From Haplodiscus bocki (Eukaryota): 64,000 nt of DNA. The notes below the pieces were generated by a model. It did no database searches. It was not told the origin of the DNA and was given only the letters and a program-made list of their open reading frames with translations. The position numbers and the translations under genes were made by a program. The DNA lies in contig OZ296648.1 in assembly GCA_965655095.1 (NCBI GenBank), positions 37,138,001 to 37,202,000 of the forward strand. The letters are read 5' to 3'. Positions 13,020-24,270 of this stretch are shown piece by piece (position 1 is the first letter of the stretch; every line of letters starts with the position of its first letter).

Positions 13020-14025
13020 GTTAGAAATGAAGCGAAGATAACCAACGAAACTTTATCTGGGCTAATAACTCGGGCGCAGAAAATTCATTCTGAAAACAAG
13101 TAGAACGTGTAAATGAAAACCAAAGTCCACGATTCAATGCGCAAACATTATTTGATCAAAACTAATTCGTTATGACTCTCTTGAAAACACGCAATACTCT
13201 TAAGTTGAAAAACGTAATTATTGTCCAAAAAACTACATAGTATAAGAGTTTCGGCGGCAGAAAAGTTCACCCAACGTGCTGCTGAAGATAAATAGGCTCG
13301 GAGATAAGGCGTTTTGAGAAAACTGTGGGAGATGTCACGTTTTTCTGCAAAAATTTGGTTGTGCCACAATGAAACCAAGAAGGCATTCTCGCTGCAATCG
13401 AAGCTCTCAAAAATATTTTGAGAGGAAACAATAAGCGCTTAGCAACTTAGCGCGCTGTTTTCGAGTAGCAACTCCGGCACACAGGTTGTGAGTGGAACGC
13501 AGGGCGCATACAAGCGCAGAAAGGCTCTGAAAAGAAAACTATACAATAGATTGGTTAAGTGATTCAGCAAGCCGGATTTCGGAGAAAACAATTGATTTTC
13601 TGAGTACGAATTGAAGTTTCGGACAAACTTACGGCTGACGGAAAAGTTTCCGCAATTCCATAAAATACCATGGAAGCAGTAGGAAAACATAAGACCCCAT
13701 TCATCCAGTTTAAAGTACTCCGCTTGGAGGTACCACTCGCAAAATTACCATTTTAGTAGTGAAAGTGTCCGAATTTTCTCTTTGGCTCATCATCAAAAAA
13801 GCTAAGATTGTTCTAAGATTCATGGTATGCCCATCACACGACGCACACTATGACACAAACTGTGTTTTCCCCAGTTAATCAAAAGTGCACCCGTCGGGTT
13901 GAAATGAAGCGAAGCAATGAAAACTTTTTGTGTGGGCTGATAGTTCGGCGCCGAAAAGTCATTCGGAAAACAAGTCGAACGTGTAATTGAAAACCAATGC
14001 TCACAGTCTAATGCGCATACATTAG
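13020..14025 (+). repeat. Two diverged copies of an interspersed repeat (~13020-13150 and ~13900-14025)
   Basis: GAAATGAAGCGAAG...TCATTC(T/G)GAAAACAAGT(A/C)GAACGTGTAA(A/T)TGAAAACCAA...AATGCGCA(A/T)ACATTA in both copies. Confidence 0.65.
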
Positions 14026-14801
14026 GTTCTAGCGCTGGAAACAGGTTCCAAATACCGCAAGTTTCAAAATATCTATAAAATTGAAGTCGGAAATTTTTGT
14101 GATGACCCCCCACGCCAATCAGAAGAGCCCCGGAAACATAGGTTGTAGCTACACTCCTATCCTGAATAAGGCCTATGATTTTTTAACTTAAATCAACTGT
14201 GTAATAGTGGTGGCCAGAGTCCGCACATTTAGGAGTTATAACTTGACTTCAGAATGTAAAAAGATGGATATTTTCTATCTTTTTGTGGTACTCCTACATC
14301 AGAAGACTAGTCCATTGCAACAGATAGTCCTTTGACTGTGTCAATATATGGTAATGGTAGAAGGACACAAATGGCGACTGAGGACAGGATCGTACTGTAG
14401 GTTTGAGGGACAACTCGACTTAAACTGGTAAAAATGCTGGGAAAGTTTTTGTTTGGACTAATAACGCCAGCGCGGAAAAAAATTCGAGAAATTCTTTGCA
14501 CCATCCGGAAGCCCCTTTCAATCTACTAAATAAAACCCAAAACCAATTTGCTCTTATATTTCACGGAAAAGTTATCGGCGTTCATAAAATGGTTCAAAAA
14601 GCTGGAGAATGTCACGCAAAGAACAAAAACTTGCTCGAAGCCCCCAAACCCGTTTGCGATGTTGAAAGTCCTTTGAAGTGTTTTAATAGGTTTCACTTCG
14701 CTCACCTAAAAACAAAAAGTTGAGTAACACTATAGAACTTCGTAAAATTAAAGTTTTCAAAGTTGCAAGAAGAAATATTTTCAGCAGCTTCGTGCCACAG
14801 T

Positions 14802-14879
14802 AGTAGTAAAGGAAGGGGGGTTTGCTGCAATTTTTGACTCCCAAACCGAAAATTTTCTAAGTTAGAAAGGTCAAAGTAC
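14802..14879 (+). repeat. Left terminal inverted repeat of Polinton 1
   Basis: AGTAGTAAAGGAAGGGGGGTTTGCTGCAATTTTTGAC...GGTCAAAGTAC is the reverse complement of 46098-46174 with about 5 differences; weaker similarity extends ~40 bp further in. Confidence 0.95.
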
Positions 14880-15341
14880 CGAATCAACCGAAAGTGGAAT
14901 TTGTTGACCAAGCACACAGTAAGTAAACCAGTAAAAACAGCTGTCAAAAATCTTTCACAATGAAAATTTTCTACGTTGAACTCACTGTTGGAAACCGAAA
15001 CTGAACGAAACCAACAAAATTGATTGTCGACTGTCTTTTTAGACAATTTCTATCTGATAATTCCTTTTCTTGACTATTGTAACGAAAGCAAGAATCAACT
15101 TCTCGAACTATTAGCAGCCAACAAACTAGCTAGACATCTTCTCTTTTACTTTTATTTAAATTCATTATATCGGAAAACGGGAACAAGCAGAAAAAGTCGT
15201 GGTCCATTGAAAATGGAAAATGAAAATAAATAAACACAAAAATTTCGAACGTTTCCGGCATGTTTCGCGTGAAGCTGAGAACTGAACACTTCGGGACCAC
15301 GACTTTTGCGAGCTACACAATTGTTATTTTCAACCTGTACA

Positions 15342-16727
15342 ATGTTTCCCTGTTGTAAATGTGATAAATTGTTGAACTCAAAACGTGCTTTAAATGATCA
15401 CCAGCGAAAGAAGCACAATTTTGAAGCCATTGATCTGGCCCAAGTTTTCATATATGTTCATTGAGCGGTTTCCTTCACAAAATCTTGCAATTTATTGTGC
15501 CATCTAAAATACCAACACAAATCATCGGGCAACTATCGATGTTTCTCTTGTTTAACCTACTCTGGAAACCTCTCAATATTGACTCAACACCAAAAGTATC
15601 ATAGCGACGTATCTCTTGGTATCAACGTCTCCGATCTGCTCGATTTCATAACTGAAGCCGTTAATTCTAAATTCCAAATACATCGACTGAAGCTTGAGGG
15701 CTCTGATGGTTTGGAACGGTTCAACTACATTATTTCTCAGAAAGATAGAATCATTGCGTTTGTGAATTCTTTATTGAGCGTGACTCCAAACGTTAAAATC
15801 GGTCTAAGCATTGCAGTGAAACCACGAAAACCTTTGGAGAGCGAGGTAGTAGAAGCTTTTTTCAATTCGGCTGTGTCTCGAGTTTCTTCTCAGCTCACCG
15901 ATGTCGATTATATGCAGCATGTGGATGCCTTGATGACACAGTTGAAAGTCTTCGCCACAGGTGGCTCGGGATGGGTGGTGGGAACATTGACACGGTTGGA
16001 AATCAAAACAATCTCCTGTAGTAAAGTTAGTGGCGGCTCATATATAGAAACGCCAATTCTCAAACCACTGAATCTCTCGATTTTGAATACTTTTAATAAA
16101 CGTGATAACTTCTGCTTCTTGTATTGTGTTGTAGCTGCTCTATCCTCATTCATCGGAAGAGCTAATACTCCAAAGACCCATAAGAAAAACATGAACCGGC
16201 TCTCTTTCAACTCAAAGCTAATGCCGATGCCTCTGTCTACCATTCCTTCCTTTGAGAAACTGAATCGTTGCTCAATCAATGTCTATCAGATGGAGAACTC
16301 CAAGTTGGTGTCCGTGTATCACAGTAAAAATCGAAGAGGAAGACACCAAACTGATCTTCTCCGCCTAATGGATAACCAAAACAGTTATTAATCCCTGATT
16401 TAAAAATTCTCGAATCTTATTCATTTACTAACTAGGTCCAGAATGAAGCACGAAAAGGGACCAAAATCGCGCCTCTGCCGAAACTGCATTCAACCGATAA
16501 TTTGAAAGAACTTCAAAACCACGTTTCGTTTTGCAAAAGTAACGCACCACTTGAAATTCGAATGCCTCTTGAATCACCAACAATTGAGTTCGTCAATTGG
16601 GAGAAAACAGAAAAGTGTCGCTTTGTTGTTTATGCTGACCCTGAAGCAATCAATGTGGCTGCAGCATAATTTCCTCAAACTAAATGTCGGACACGAGAAA
16701 TTGAAAGGCAGTATGCAGCCAGCTTTG
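15342..16727 (+). pseudogene. Protein-primed family B DNA polymerase (pPolB), N-terminal part with three C2H2-type zinc fingers; truncated after Exo I
   Basis: MFPCCKCDKLLNSKRALNDHQRKKH and YRCFSCLTYSGNLSILTQHQKYH fingers; Polinton pPolB N-terminal motifs GSGWVV, GGSYIETP and NKRDNFCFLYCVVAAL; Exo I-like FVVYADPEAIN; frameshifts and stops. Confidence 0.85.
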
Positions 16728-17523
16728 AAACTTTTGTTCAAATTTTCAAAGTAGGGGTAAATAGCCGATCTCCTTACGAGAGCTCTCTCAATCGACAATT
16801 TCACACTCTGCGTAACCACTACTTTCCTCACAAAAAGAGAAGCTTTCTCAATATTTGCTTGCACTTTACTATCAAGTGCCTACGCTTCGTCATCGGTTCC
16901 CTTCAAAAAAAGCATCGTGTTATTGGGAGAACGGACAAGTCGTAAATGAAGTGTCACGCCGGGCACCAAAATTTTCTCGCAGTCAGAAAAGTCAATATGT
17001 AATGCTCCATAGAGCTCGGTCGCGCATTGTTTTAGGCGGTCAAAATCACCGTACAATTTATTGAACTGTTGATTTTGCTCACTTGTTTTTGCCAAGTAAT
17101 CTTATCCCTGACACCTTGTTCAAGTTTGCTTTGCGTCGGTGTTAGCTGTAAGTTCGGGTTCGATGAACGTAGCAGGAAAAAAAAACAGTTCGTGCTGTGT
17201 GAAACGAGTTTACCGTTCAAATACAAATCAACGTGAGAGAACAATGCGTGAAGCGTGTTGTTCGAAAAAATTATTGGATGCTCTTTGACTTTGGCGCAGG
17301 GTCTTCCCGTCCTCCGTGTAGAGGACAACTTTTACACTCAACAGAATACGATTCAAGTCAATCAAGTTTTTTGCTTCAGCTGTTGCAAAAAAGTCCAACT
17401 GGAGGTTTCTACATCCTACATGTGGGAAAACCTATTGATCGCAAGAACCTTCGTAATTGATTAAAATGTTGAGCTTCTCAAAAAATCTAGAGCGCTGTGA
17501 GTGACCGGGGTCGCAGTTTCCAT
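16726..17523 (-). pseudogene. Polinton major capsid protein (double jelly-roll), N-terminal half, truncated
   Basis: HSALDFFEK, NNTLHALFSHVDLYLNGKLVS, LYGALHIDFSDCEKILVPGVTLHLRLVRS and ASLFVRKVVV...ALVRRSAIYPY across several frames. Confidence 0.85.
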
Positions 17524-17609
17524 CGCATAACCAGAAAACGTCGTTGTTGTTGCTGCTGTTGTTGGGGCCAGACTGCTTGCTCTTTTCCTTTATTGTTGTG
17601 GTTTTCCTA

Positions 17610-18192
17610 TCAAGCAAACTGAAATTCAGACAGAATATCTGACCGACTTCTCTTGGCGGGACTTGATTTGGAAGAGATTCGTGTCGTTGTTGATTCGGGC
17701 AATGATGCTGCTGAAAAGTTCCGTCGCTTTCGATTTGTACTGCCGGTCCACTCCGGCCACCCACTCGAGCCATCCGGCCGCCTGACACCCGTCCGCCTCC
17801 GGAACGTACCGCCTGCTGCGGTGCAACGCTCACCCCGACCGAGCGGCCAGAAAAACTCGCCGCCGAAGTCTACAGTTTTCTTGGTAGCAGTCTCAGCAAC
17901 ATGTTTTAACATCTTGCCACTGGGTCTCTTCCCGCCGGCCAAAACCTGACCAATTTCAGGTACTGCCACTTCGAACAAATTTCTTCCAAGTTGTTTAGCT
18001 ACCGGCAGAATGTACAACTGGATTTGCCACTCTTCCCAGTCGCATGGCAAACGCGCCCAAGCCACCAGCACCCGCTCCCATTTGACGTGCCGGGCCGCTA
18101 AAGGAGACTTTTTGGTGAGTTGCACAATGATGATTGCGATAACTTCGTATTTGAGAATCACAAGGATCATCCCTCTTTTTGTGTGCGACCAC
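17610..18192 (-). pseudogene. Polinton basic core-like protein
   Basis: FSGPARQMGAGAGGLGAFAMRLGRVANP, then after a frameshift ILPVAKQLGRNLFEVAVPEIGQVLAGG. Gly-rich Q-x-G-x-G-x-GGLG motif and R/S-rich tail, located between mCP and MCP as in other Polintons. Confidence 0.6.
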
Positions 18193-18339
18193 CTAATTTA
18201 ACATTCATACACACGACTGATTTATGATAAAGATGATTAAACGGTTGGTACAACTGTTTGGTTCCGTGACTGATTGTCAAATGGCGTCGACTAGAGAGAA
18301 GAACCTTTTGGTTGGTTGCCTCTTGGCCAATCGTTCTCG

Positions 18340-19425
18340 TCAAGACGGCCTGCGCCTAAGTGCCAAAGTAATGCTGGTGCGCCCGCAGCTCAAAAAGGGC
18401 ATCCTTTGACCCAATTCATTGGCCAGAGTCAGAGTGATTGCCAGAAATTGTGATTTGTATATCCACTTCAGCTGCAAGTTTGAAAAGCTCGTGTGGTTCA
18501 CTTCTTTCCTTTGTCGTTGGTCCGTCCATGACAAGCTTTCAAGGGGAATGGAACGCAACAACGCTGTTTGTGAGTCACGCAGGATCTCATTTTGAACCAA
18601 GTCGCAATACAAAAACACTGTGTGACTTCCGGCTATCAAGTCAACCGGCCATTGACCTTTTACAACTGCGATCTCTTTGATTTTGCTGATCGCCTCGGCA
18701 GTTGCCATCAAAGTTCTTTTTTGACTCCTGTCTCTGCTCGCCGTGTTGGCAGTCTATGACTGTGGTCAAGCCCAGTGTGTTTTTCACATCCTGTCATCTT
18801 CCTCGGATAACCAAACCGTTTTGCTCCACATTCCCCCAAAACTTAACGTGAAGTTCTTGCATCGCCTCATCAACCTTCCACGAAATAGTTGTTGATCGCC
18901 ATGTTGCATCTGTAGGGTGCTGAGTTGTTTGCGGGAGTTTTTCATTGTCGTTTCTTGTCGCACTTCTGACTATTGCCTCCATGATATCATCAATGGATGA
19001 ACAGCAACCTGGCTTTATATAGCGTACTTCTGGAGCAGTGAACGTCAATGCTGGTTTCATTTCTCTAAACTGCCGCGGCACTCTCATTGAGACAACTCCT
19101 GGTCGTCTGCTGGGAAAAAATTTGCTCGGTGATTGATGTGGCGGCGGTGACTTTCAATTGGCGATCTGGCCCTCAGTTTTATTGCAAACCATTGCCGGCC
19201 AAGAAATCTCCAGCAAAGCCACCTGCCAATCCCCGGAGAGAGTCACAGGCGTGGGTAGGAGTGTTGTGAAACTTGACAGTTTGTTTCCTGGAAAAGTTTC
19301 CATGGACGCATTGGAAATGAAGTTTAGCGTGAATTCAGCACTGCCGGAAGCACTGATGTCTTGGGGAGATGAAAGTGTCTGGTTTTGACAGATTGATTTT
19401 ACGCGGCTTGGTAATTTCAGACACG
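18340..19425 (-). pseudogene. Polinton minor capsid protein (penton-like)
   Basis: FTLNFISNASMETFPGNKLSSFTTLLPTPVTLSGDWQVALLEISWP; YIKPGCCSSIDDIM; VFLYCDLVQNEILRDSQTALLRSIPL...GQRMPFLSCGRTSITLALR. Confidence 0.85.
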
Positions 19426-19449
19426 TGCGCTGCTCTTATTCGCTTGATC

Positions 19450-20610
19450 AATTTGTTGGTGACAAATTTCACAAGTTCAGGTTCATAAAATTTACCTTGT
19501 ATGATTTCGTTGTTTACGTCCTCATAAAAAACGTACGTCGGCGGATTTTTTGAAGGTATGTGTGAAATTGTAAGAAGCTCTTCAATGAACTGTATCCTGT
19601 AACCACATTGAAATGTTTCCATTTTCTTTCGTATGCGAACTCGATCGTCGACTTTGAACTTTGGTCATTGTGGTGGCACAGTGTTGCAAAGAGAGATTAA
19701 GTAAGGAACGTCTTTCTTGGACACTTCGATTGGAGCCAACTCAGTCATACGATTGATCCTATTGTTAATGATTGAGAAGAACTTTCCAAGTTGGTCAACG
19801 TATCGATTTGTGTCACGCTCATGTAAGTATTTGAAAACGATAGTTTTAAAGGTTCTTATGCATCTCTCAGCCACAACAGAATATGTCTCGCTTCTTGTTG
19901 AGTAAATTTTGATAACATTCTTTTTGCAAAATTCTACGAATTCTTTGGCAAACTTCTTACCTTGATCAGCCCGTATCTTTTCGGGATATTTTTTGGTTGC
20001 ACAATTTTTTGGAGCAATTCGTTGCTTATTAGTTGAGAAAATTTTTTTCAGCGCTACTGAACATGCTTGAGATGTCCTCGACTTCTCGGCCACGACCCAT
20101 AGAAAGCGACTCAAAGTGTCGACCGCCACAAAAAGATACCTAACTATCAAATTTTCGCTGGAAAGTTGCTGCATATCAGCCAAGTGAATAGACCAAACCT
20201 CATTCAGTCAATAACTGATAGCTTTACGTCTCGGAAAAAGTTTTTCGGGTAAGTTTAGACTCCGTATAAGTTTCACTCGAGTTCAAGGAGCGATTAACAT
20301 GTTTGAGCGAGCAGTTCGTTGACCCGGCTAAATCTACTTGAATACCAAACGTCGTTGCTTTTTCTGGCTTTGTATAGGCATCGTGAATCTTGGTATACGC
20401 AACTGCGAACGGATCATCATCTTCAATCATAACTCGACTTCTTGAAAATTTTGAACAGAGAAAGTTGTCATTATAATCAGTTTTGTTTTCCAACCCTGAA
20501 CAAGTGAAGTGAACCCAACCACACATATGGCACCACAACGTAGGGTTTTGTTTTGATCCTTTACCCAACCGCTTTCGGCAGCACCCGCAGAACCACTTCC
20601 TTGGCACCAT
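19450..20610 (-). pseudogene. Retroviral-like (rve) Polinton integrase with N-terminal PHD finger
   Basis: NEVWSIHLADM, RYLFVAVDTLSRF, RADQGKKF, SVVAERCIRTFK, PKFKVDDRVRI and QGKFYEPEL. N-terminal CGCC..WCHMCGWVHFTC..FLCSK is in frame with the integrase N-terminal domain. One frameshift (~20235) and two TGA stops. Confidence 0.88.
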
Positions 20611-20626
20611 TTGTCGAACAGTAGAT

Positions 20627-21312
20627 TCAGTGAGTCAACCAACTGCTGGCGGCTTCAGTGTCGAGTTTGAGACGTTTGCTTGGGGATTCTCCGTACACTG
20701 TCCGGTTTTGGATTCTAGAACTCGTCTGTCTAGCGTAGGTGTTTGCCAGCAGAAATTGCGGCAGAGCAAGTATCTCAACCAAATTGAGAAAGTGTTTGGG
20801 CAGCTGTTTAGTATTCACTTGGAGAGCGCGCTTAAAAAGTTAGTTATAACTATTGATGTATCTTGTTCATCGCGGAAAATGTCTTGATTTATCTCGTCAA
20901 CGATGACACGGTCGTTTTTTTGGATGGCCTTTAGATTTGTCTTGACCGTTGAATTTTTCCGCCAGCTATTCCCGATTGAAGTAGGCCGGCTAAAAGTTTG
21001 TCTGGTGTATTGTTCTGTTGATAGTCCGTGTTTACTTGTGACGTCGATGTTTCTTTACCTGGCTTCTTGTGATCCTGAAACCTTGAGTTTCAGATGATTT
21101 GAGCAATCAACGCTTGTTCCTTGTCGATTGGCGGATTCGTGGTCCCGTCAATTTCGCTGTTTCAAGAGGTTGATGCTGGTACCTGAGCGAGGAATTGCTG
21201 CTTCTGTTTTTCGCAAAAATCCAGACGTTTGCTTTCGTGTTGTGGTTGATTTTTCAGTAAGCAGTACTCGGCGCTAGTTATTAGAATAAACTCTTTAAAG
21301 CAACCGTTTGAT
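20627..21312 (-). pseudogene. Degraded Polinton ORF of unknown function
   Basis: Fragments FKEFILITSAEY, LLAGLLQSGIAGGKIQRSRQI and QLPKHFLNLVEILALPQFLLANTYA; occupies the usual slot upstream of the integrase. Confidence 0.5.
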
Positions 21313-21329
21313 GTCAAGGTAGGACTTTG

Positions 21330-21642
21330 AATGACTTAGCACCGACGGAAGAAAGAATTTCAATGAACGTAAACCTGTAGGAGAATCCAGCAGCTGACGC
21401 TTACGTTTAAGTGAAATGTTTTTCTTTGAACAGAGACTCGCTATAATGCTCTTTTCTCGTTAAAGTATTGATATTATTGCTTGCATTTTTTTGTCTAGTT
21501 TAACAATTCCTTTCATCACGTTTAACGTGCAGTCGCAGAATAATTTAATTACTTCTTCAGAGCAGTTCAAATTGAAACATCTTTTCAGTGTGAGAGGAAA
21601 CATATCGTACAAATCAACTGTATAAAAAGTTCGTATACTCAT
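21330..21642 (-). pseudogene. Small conserved Polinton protein
   Basis: VIKLFCDCTLNVMKGIVKL...SLCSKKNISLKRKRQLL resembles the I-C-E-C-x-LN-x-L-x-GNV...K-x-KR pattern of the Polinton gene following the ATPase. Confidence 0.55.
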
Positions 21643-22210
21643 TGCCTAAGTTCAGGTATAGTTGATTTGTTGAACAGTAGAACAGCGAAGGTTCGTCACG
21701 AGAACACTTGGAAGAACACCCCAGTGTTTTACTATTTCTCACGTCTAAATCAATCAACAAATGAGCGAACGGTCTGCGTGAGATTCAAGTCGATTAGTTT
21801 TGAACTTTTTGTCTGTTGAAATAGATTGTGTCTTAAAACCACCAAATGGATGTTGCGATGTCTACCGGCAATATCTAATGCCAGAGAAATTCTCTGCCTT
21901 CCGCCGCTTCTTCGAACAAATCATCGAGAACTAACAAGATTCATAACTTCTGCGCTTCAGCTTTTTCCAAAGACTTCCACTCTAATCCTTGAGTAAATTC
22001 AATATCAACAAGTGTGGACTCGCAATTAATAAAAATAGTTCCATAATGTTCTTGATAATGATTATAAAAGTAAATAATTTTGTCAAAGCTAGGTGAAAAT
22101 ATTTTTGCCTGATTGACAATCATACTCCCAATCCGTCTGGTTTTCCCCGATCCTGCAGGACCCACAACAGAAACAAAGCAGTGGGGTTGAATAGTTATTC
22201 GCTTGTTCAT
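21614..22210 (-). pseudogene. A32/FtsK-HerA family DNA packaging ATPase
   Basis: Walker A GPAGSGKT, Walker B ILLVLDD, AGRHRNIHL and PFAHLLIDL; one TGA stop, a frameshift and an internal deletion. Confidence 0.9.
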
Positions 22211-22686
22211 TAATTTGGAGTGGGTAAAATATGACCTAAACAAGCTGACAAGAGAGCTAGTATCCCTGATGCGAATCTATTGTCCGCCTCGCAAAATGTG
22301 AGGAAAGTTATAAAAAATGACAAAAATCAAAATAACTAAGTGATGAATTAATATTACGAGTAAAAACTGATCGAGCTTTAAATCTTAACCGCCGCAAAGC
22401 TTTACACAAATTGGTGGTCGCTCTTGATTATTTTCATCAAAAAACAAGGCGATCGATGTTACATTGAGAAACGTTTGCGAAATCAGGTTAATCCACCACC
22501 TGTTGTTCTTGATCTACACAAAGTTCACTGTAATAACCACTGGAACGTTTCGTTTCAACGTCTTGCATGGCAAACAAAATGTCCGCTGGAAACTTTGCCT
22601 GTGCTGGAGAAACATTTATTTTCCACTTCCAAAAAATTGAAATGGTTAGAACGGAAAGTTATCGAAATAATCAGGCTTCAAAAATT

Positions 22687-23052
22687 TCAAAACGTCCAAA
22701 AAAAAATTCCTGAAAGAGGACTCAATAGCATGCTGTTTTTGAAACACTTTTCAGTAGTTAAGGTATAAACATAACCAGGTCCCAAGTTGTTGACACTCCT
22801 AATATAACCAAAGGCATCATGAAAGATTGCATGCATTCGTAAAACTTTGGAAAACTGCAAGTAGTTGTGTAGAAGGCTGTCGCCTGCTTCAATATTGCCG
22901 CCCAAAGATGCCCGTGAATTAACATGATTCAAATCTATTGTTTTGTCTACATAGAGACATACTGCAAGAAAAACGTTTTTGGATGTTGTGTTTTTTGGGA
23001 ACCAGTATGTTACTTTCACAAAGTCTTCGCAAATGTCCTTCGAAGAAAACAT
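22687..23052 (-). CDS. 121-aa HD-motif protein, putative PLA2-like (copy 1; also intact at 24349, 32663, 34325, 35986, 37647, 39308)
   Basis: ATG-to-stop ORF with GGNIEAGD...LRMHAIFHDAFGY...GPGYVY...SPLSGI(L/F)FW; the functional call is inference. Confidence 0.55.
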   Translation of the reverse strand: MFSSKDICEDFVKVTYWFPKNTTSKNVFLAVCLYVDKTIDLNHVNSRASLGGNIEAGDSLLHNYLQFSKVLRMHAIFHDAFGYIRSVNNLGPGYVYTLTTEKCFKNSMLLSPLSGIFFWTF

Positions 23053-23129
23053 TTAAGTAAGCAAGTTTGAATTAGGAGAAGCGTCTGTCTGAGAACAAAA
23101 CTTTTACAGAAATGATGTATCAATAATTG

Positions 23130-24270
23130 TTAAACAGAAAAAAGCTGCAAAGCGTAGTTGTTGCCTTCTTGAGCCGTCGAACCGATGATTCGAAGTGGTT
23201 GAGTCATACATCCGAAGCACGTGCATTGAGAATTTGTTACCCCTAAATCAAAATCTAATGACCGGCTGTGCTCAGTTACGTGAAATCGCCCAAACTCTTT
23301 CTGAAGAAGATCAATGTATGACAATATGCTGTCTTTGAAAGGTGCATCTGAACTTTCAAGCTCGAGCAGACGTTGAAAAAGAAACAATGCTTTCTCTGAC
23401 CCAACGGATGCTCCCAGTGAATTGTTTTTCGTACTCCCACACACTTTTGAATTTGCAACCAAGTCCTTCTGTGGTCTTCTGATTCATGAAGGATTGCATC
23501 TACTTGCCTCTGACTGCAATGGAACTGGCGGCTGATTTGTTGTTTGTTTCTGCTCGGAGAAAGTTTTCCGGATGAGACTGTCATCAATTTTACATGCGCA
23601 TTGTTTGTTGTCGACAGAACTTGAAAAATAGTCTGCTCCAGAAAAGTTTCCGCTTCAGCACAAGCAGGAAGATGAAGCAGAGTATGATGATGGTTCGAGG
23701 GCATCGTTTGGCAAATTTCTTCGAATTGCCCACACCTGAACTCATTCTACAGGTTTTCTCGGCTTTAGTACTGAGCGTTGTGTGAGCACACGAGAATTGG
23801 TAGAGCATTGCACAGACTGGGAGGCATCGACTCAGGAAACGTATTTCGTGTGCTTTCAGAAAGCTTCTCAATAGTGGTAGTTTCGTCCGTAAGAAACAGG
23901 AGCAACCAAAAGTTCGACGGAACTTCTCTGAAAACAGTTGTCATTTGTTTCAACCAGCGAATTTTTTCAGCAACTGATTGTGGTATTAAATCTTTCAAAA
24001 ATGAAGCGTCTCACAGTTGTTATCTCACCCACCTCTTAATAGGGAATTTTCCATTCGGTCTCTAGGAGTTTTCCATCAAAATGGAAGAAAAGCATACTTG
24101 GCACATTCACGATCTTTGATAAGTCCCTGTTTGCAGCTGGTCCACGTAAGTGTGCCAAGTGTGCTAGCAACTGTAATGTAAGAACGCGATACTGCTGTTA
24201 CCGTTTTTCCTAGGTTCACTTATCGAATGCTCGAGAAAAAAATTAGTTTTACGACGTTGGTTATTCATGA
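23130..24270 (-). pseudogene. Degraded longer Polinton accessory ORF within the repeat unit (77-aa, 142/149-aa and 110-aa fragments)
   Basis: The 77-aa and 149-aa ORFs are in the same frame, separated by 13 codons including a further stop. The disruptions recur in each unit. No recognisable domain. Confidence 0.5.

Noticed and set aside
9155-14723. Numerous 60-97 aa ORFs
   Set aside because: No recognisable domains, overlapping on both strands, within degenerate repeat-rich intronic DNA.
23484-23975. Seven in-frame TGA codons upstream of the 110-aa ORF, suggesting TGA recoding or mass CGA>TGA decay
   Set aside because: Each is explained as nnT+GAA/GAG (Glu) codon pairs in the neighbouring, more open frame (77-aa/149-aa ORFs); VAC14 and other ORFs use TGA as a normal stop.
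23594-24065. Plus-strand 63-aa and 95-aa ORFs repeated in each unit
   Set aside because: Antisense shadows of minus-strand ORFs; their recurrence is due to the repeat, not selection.
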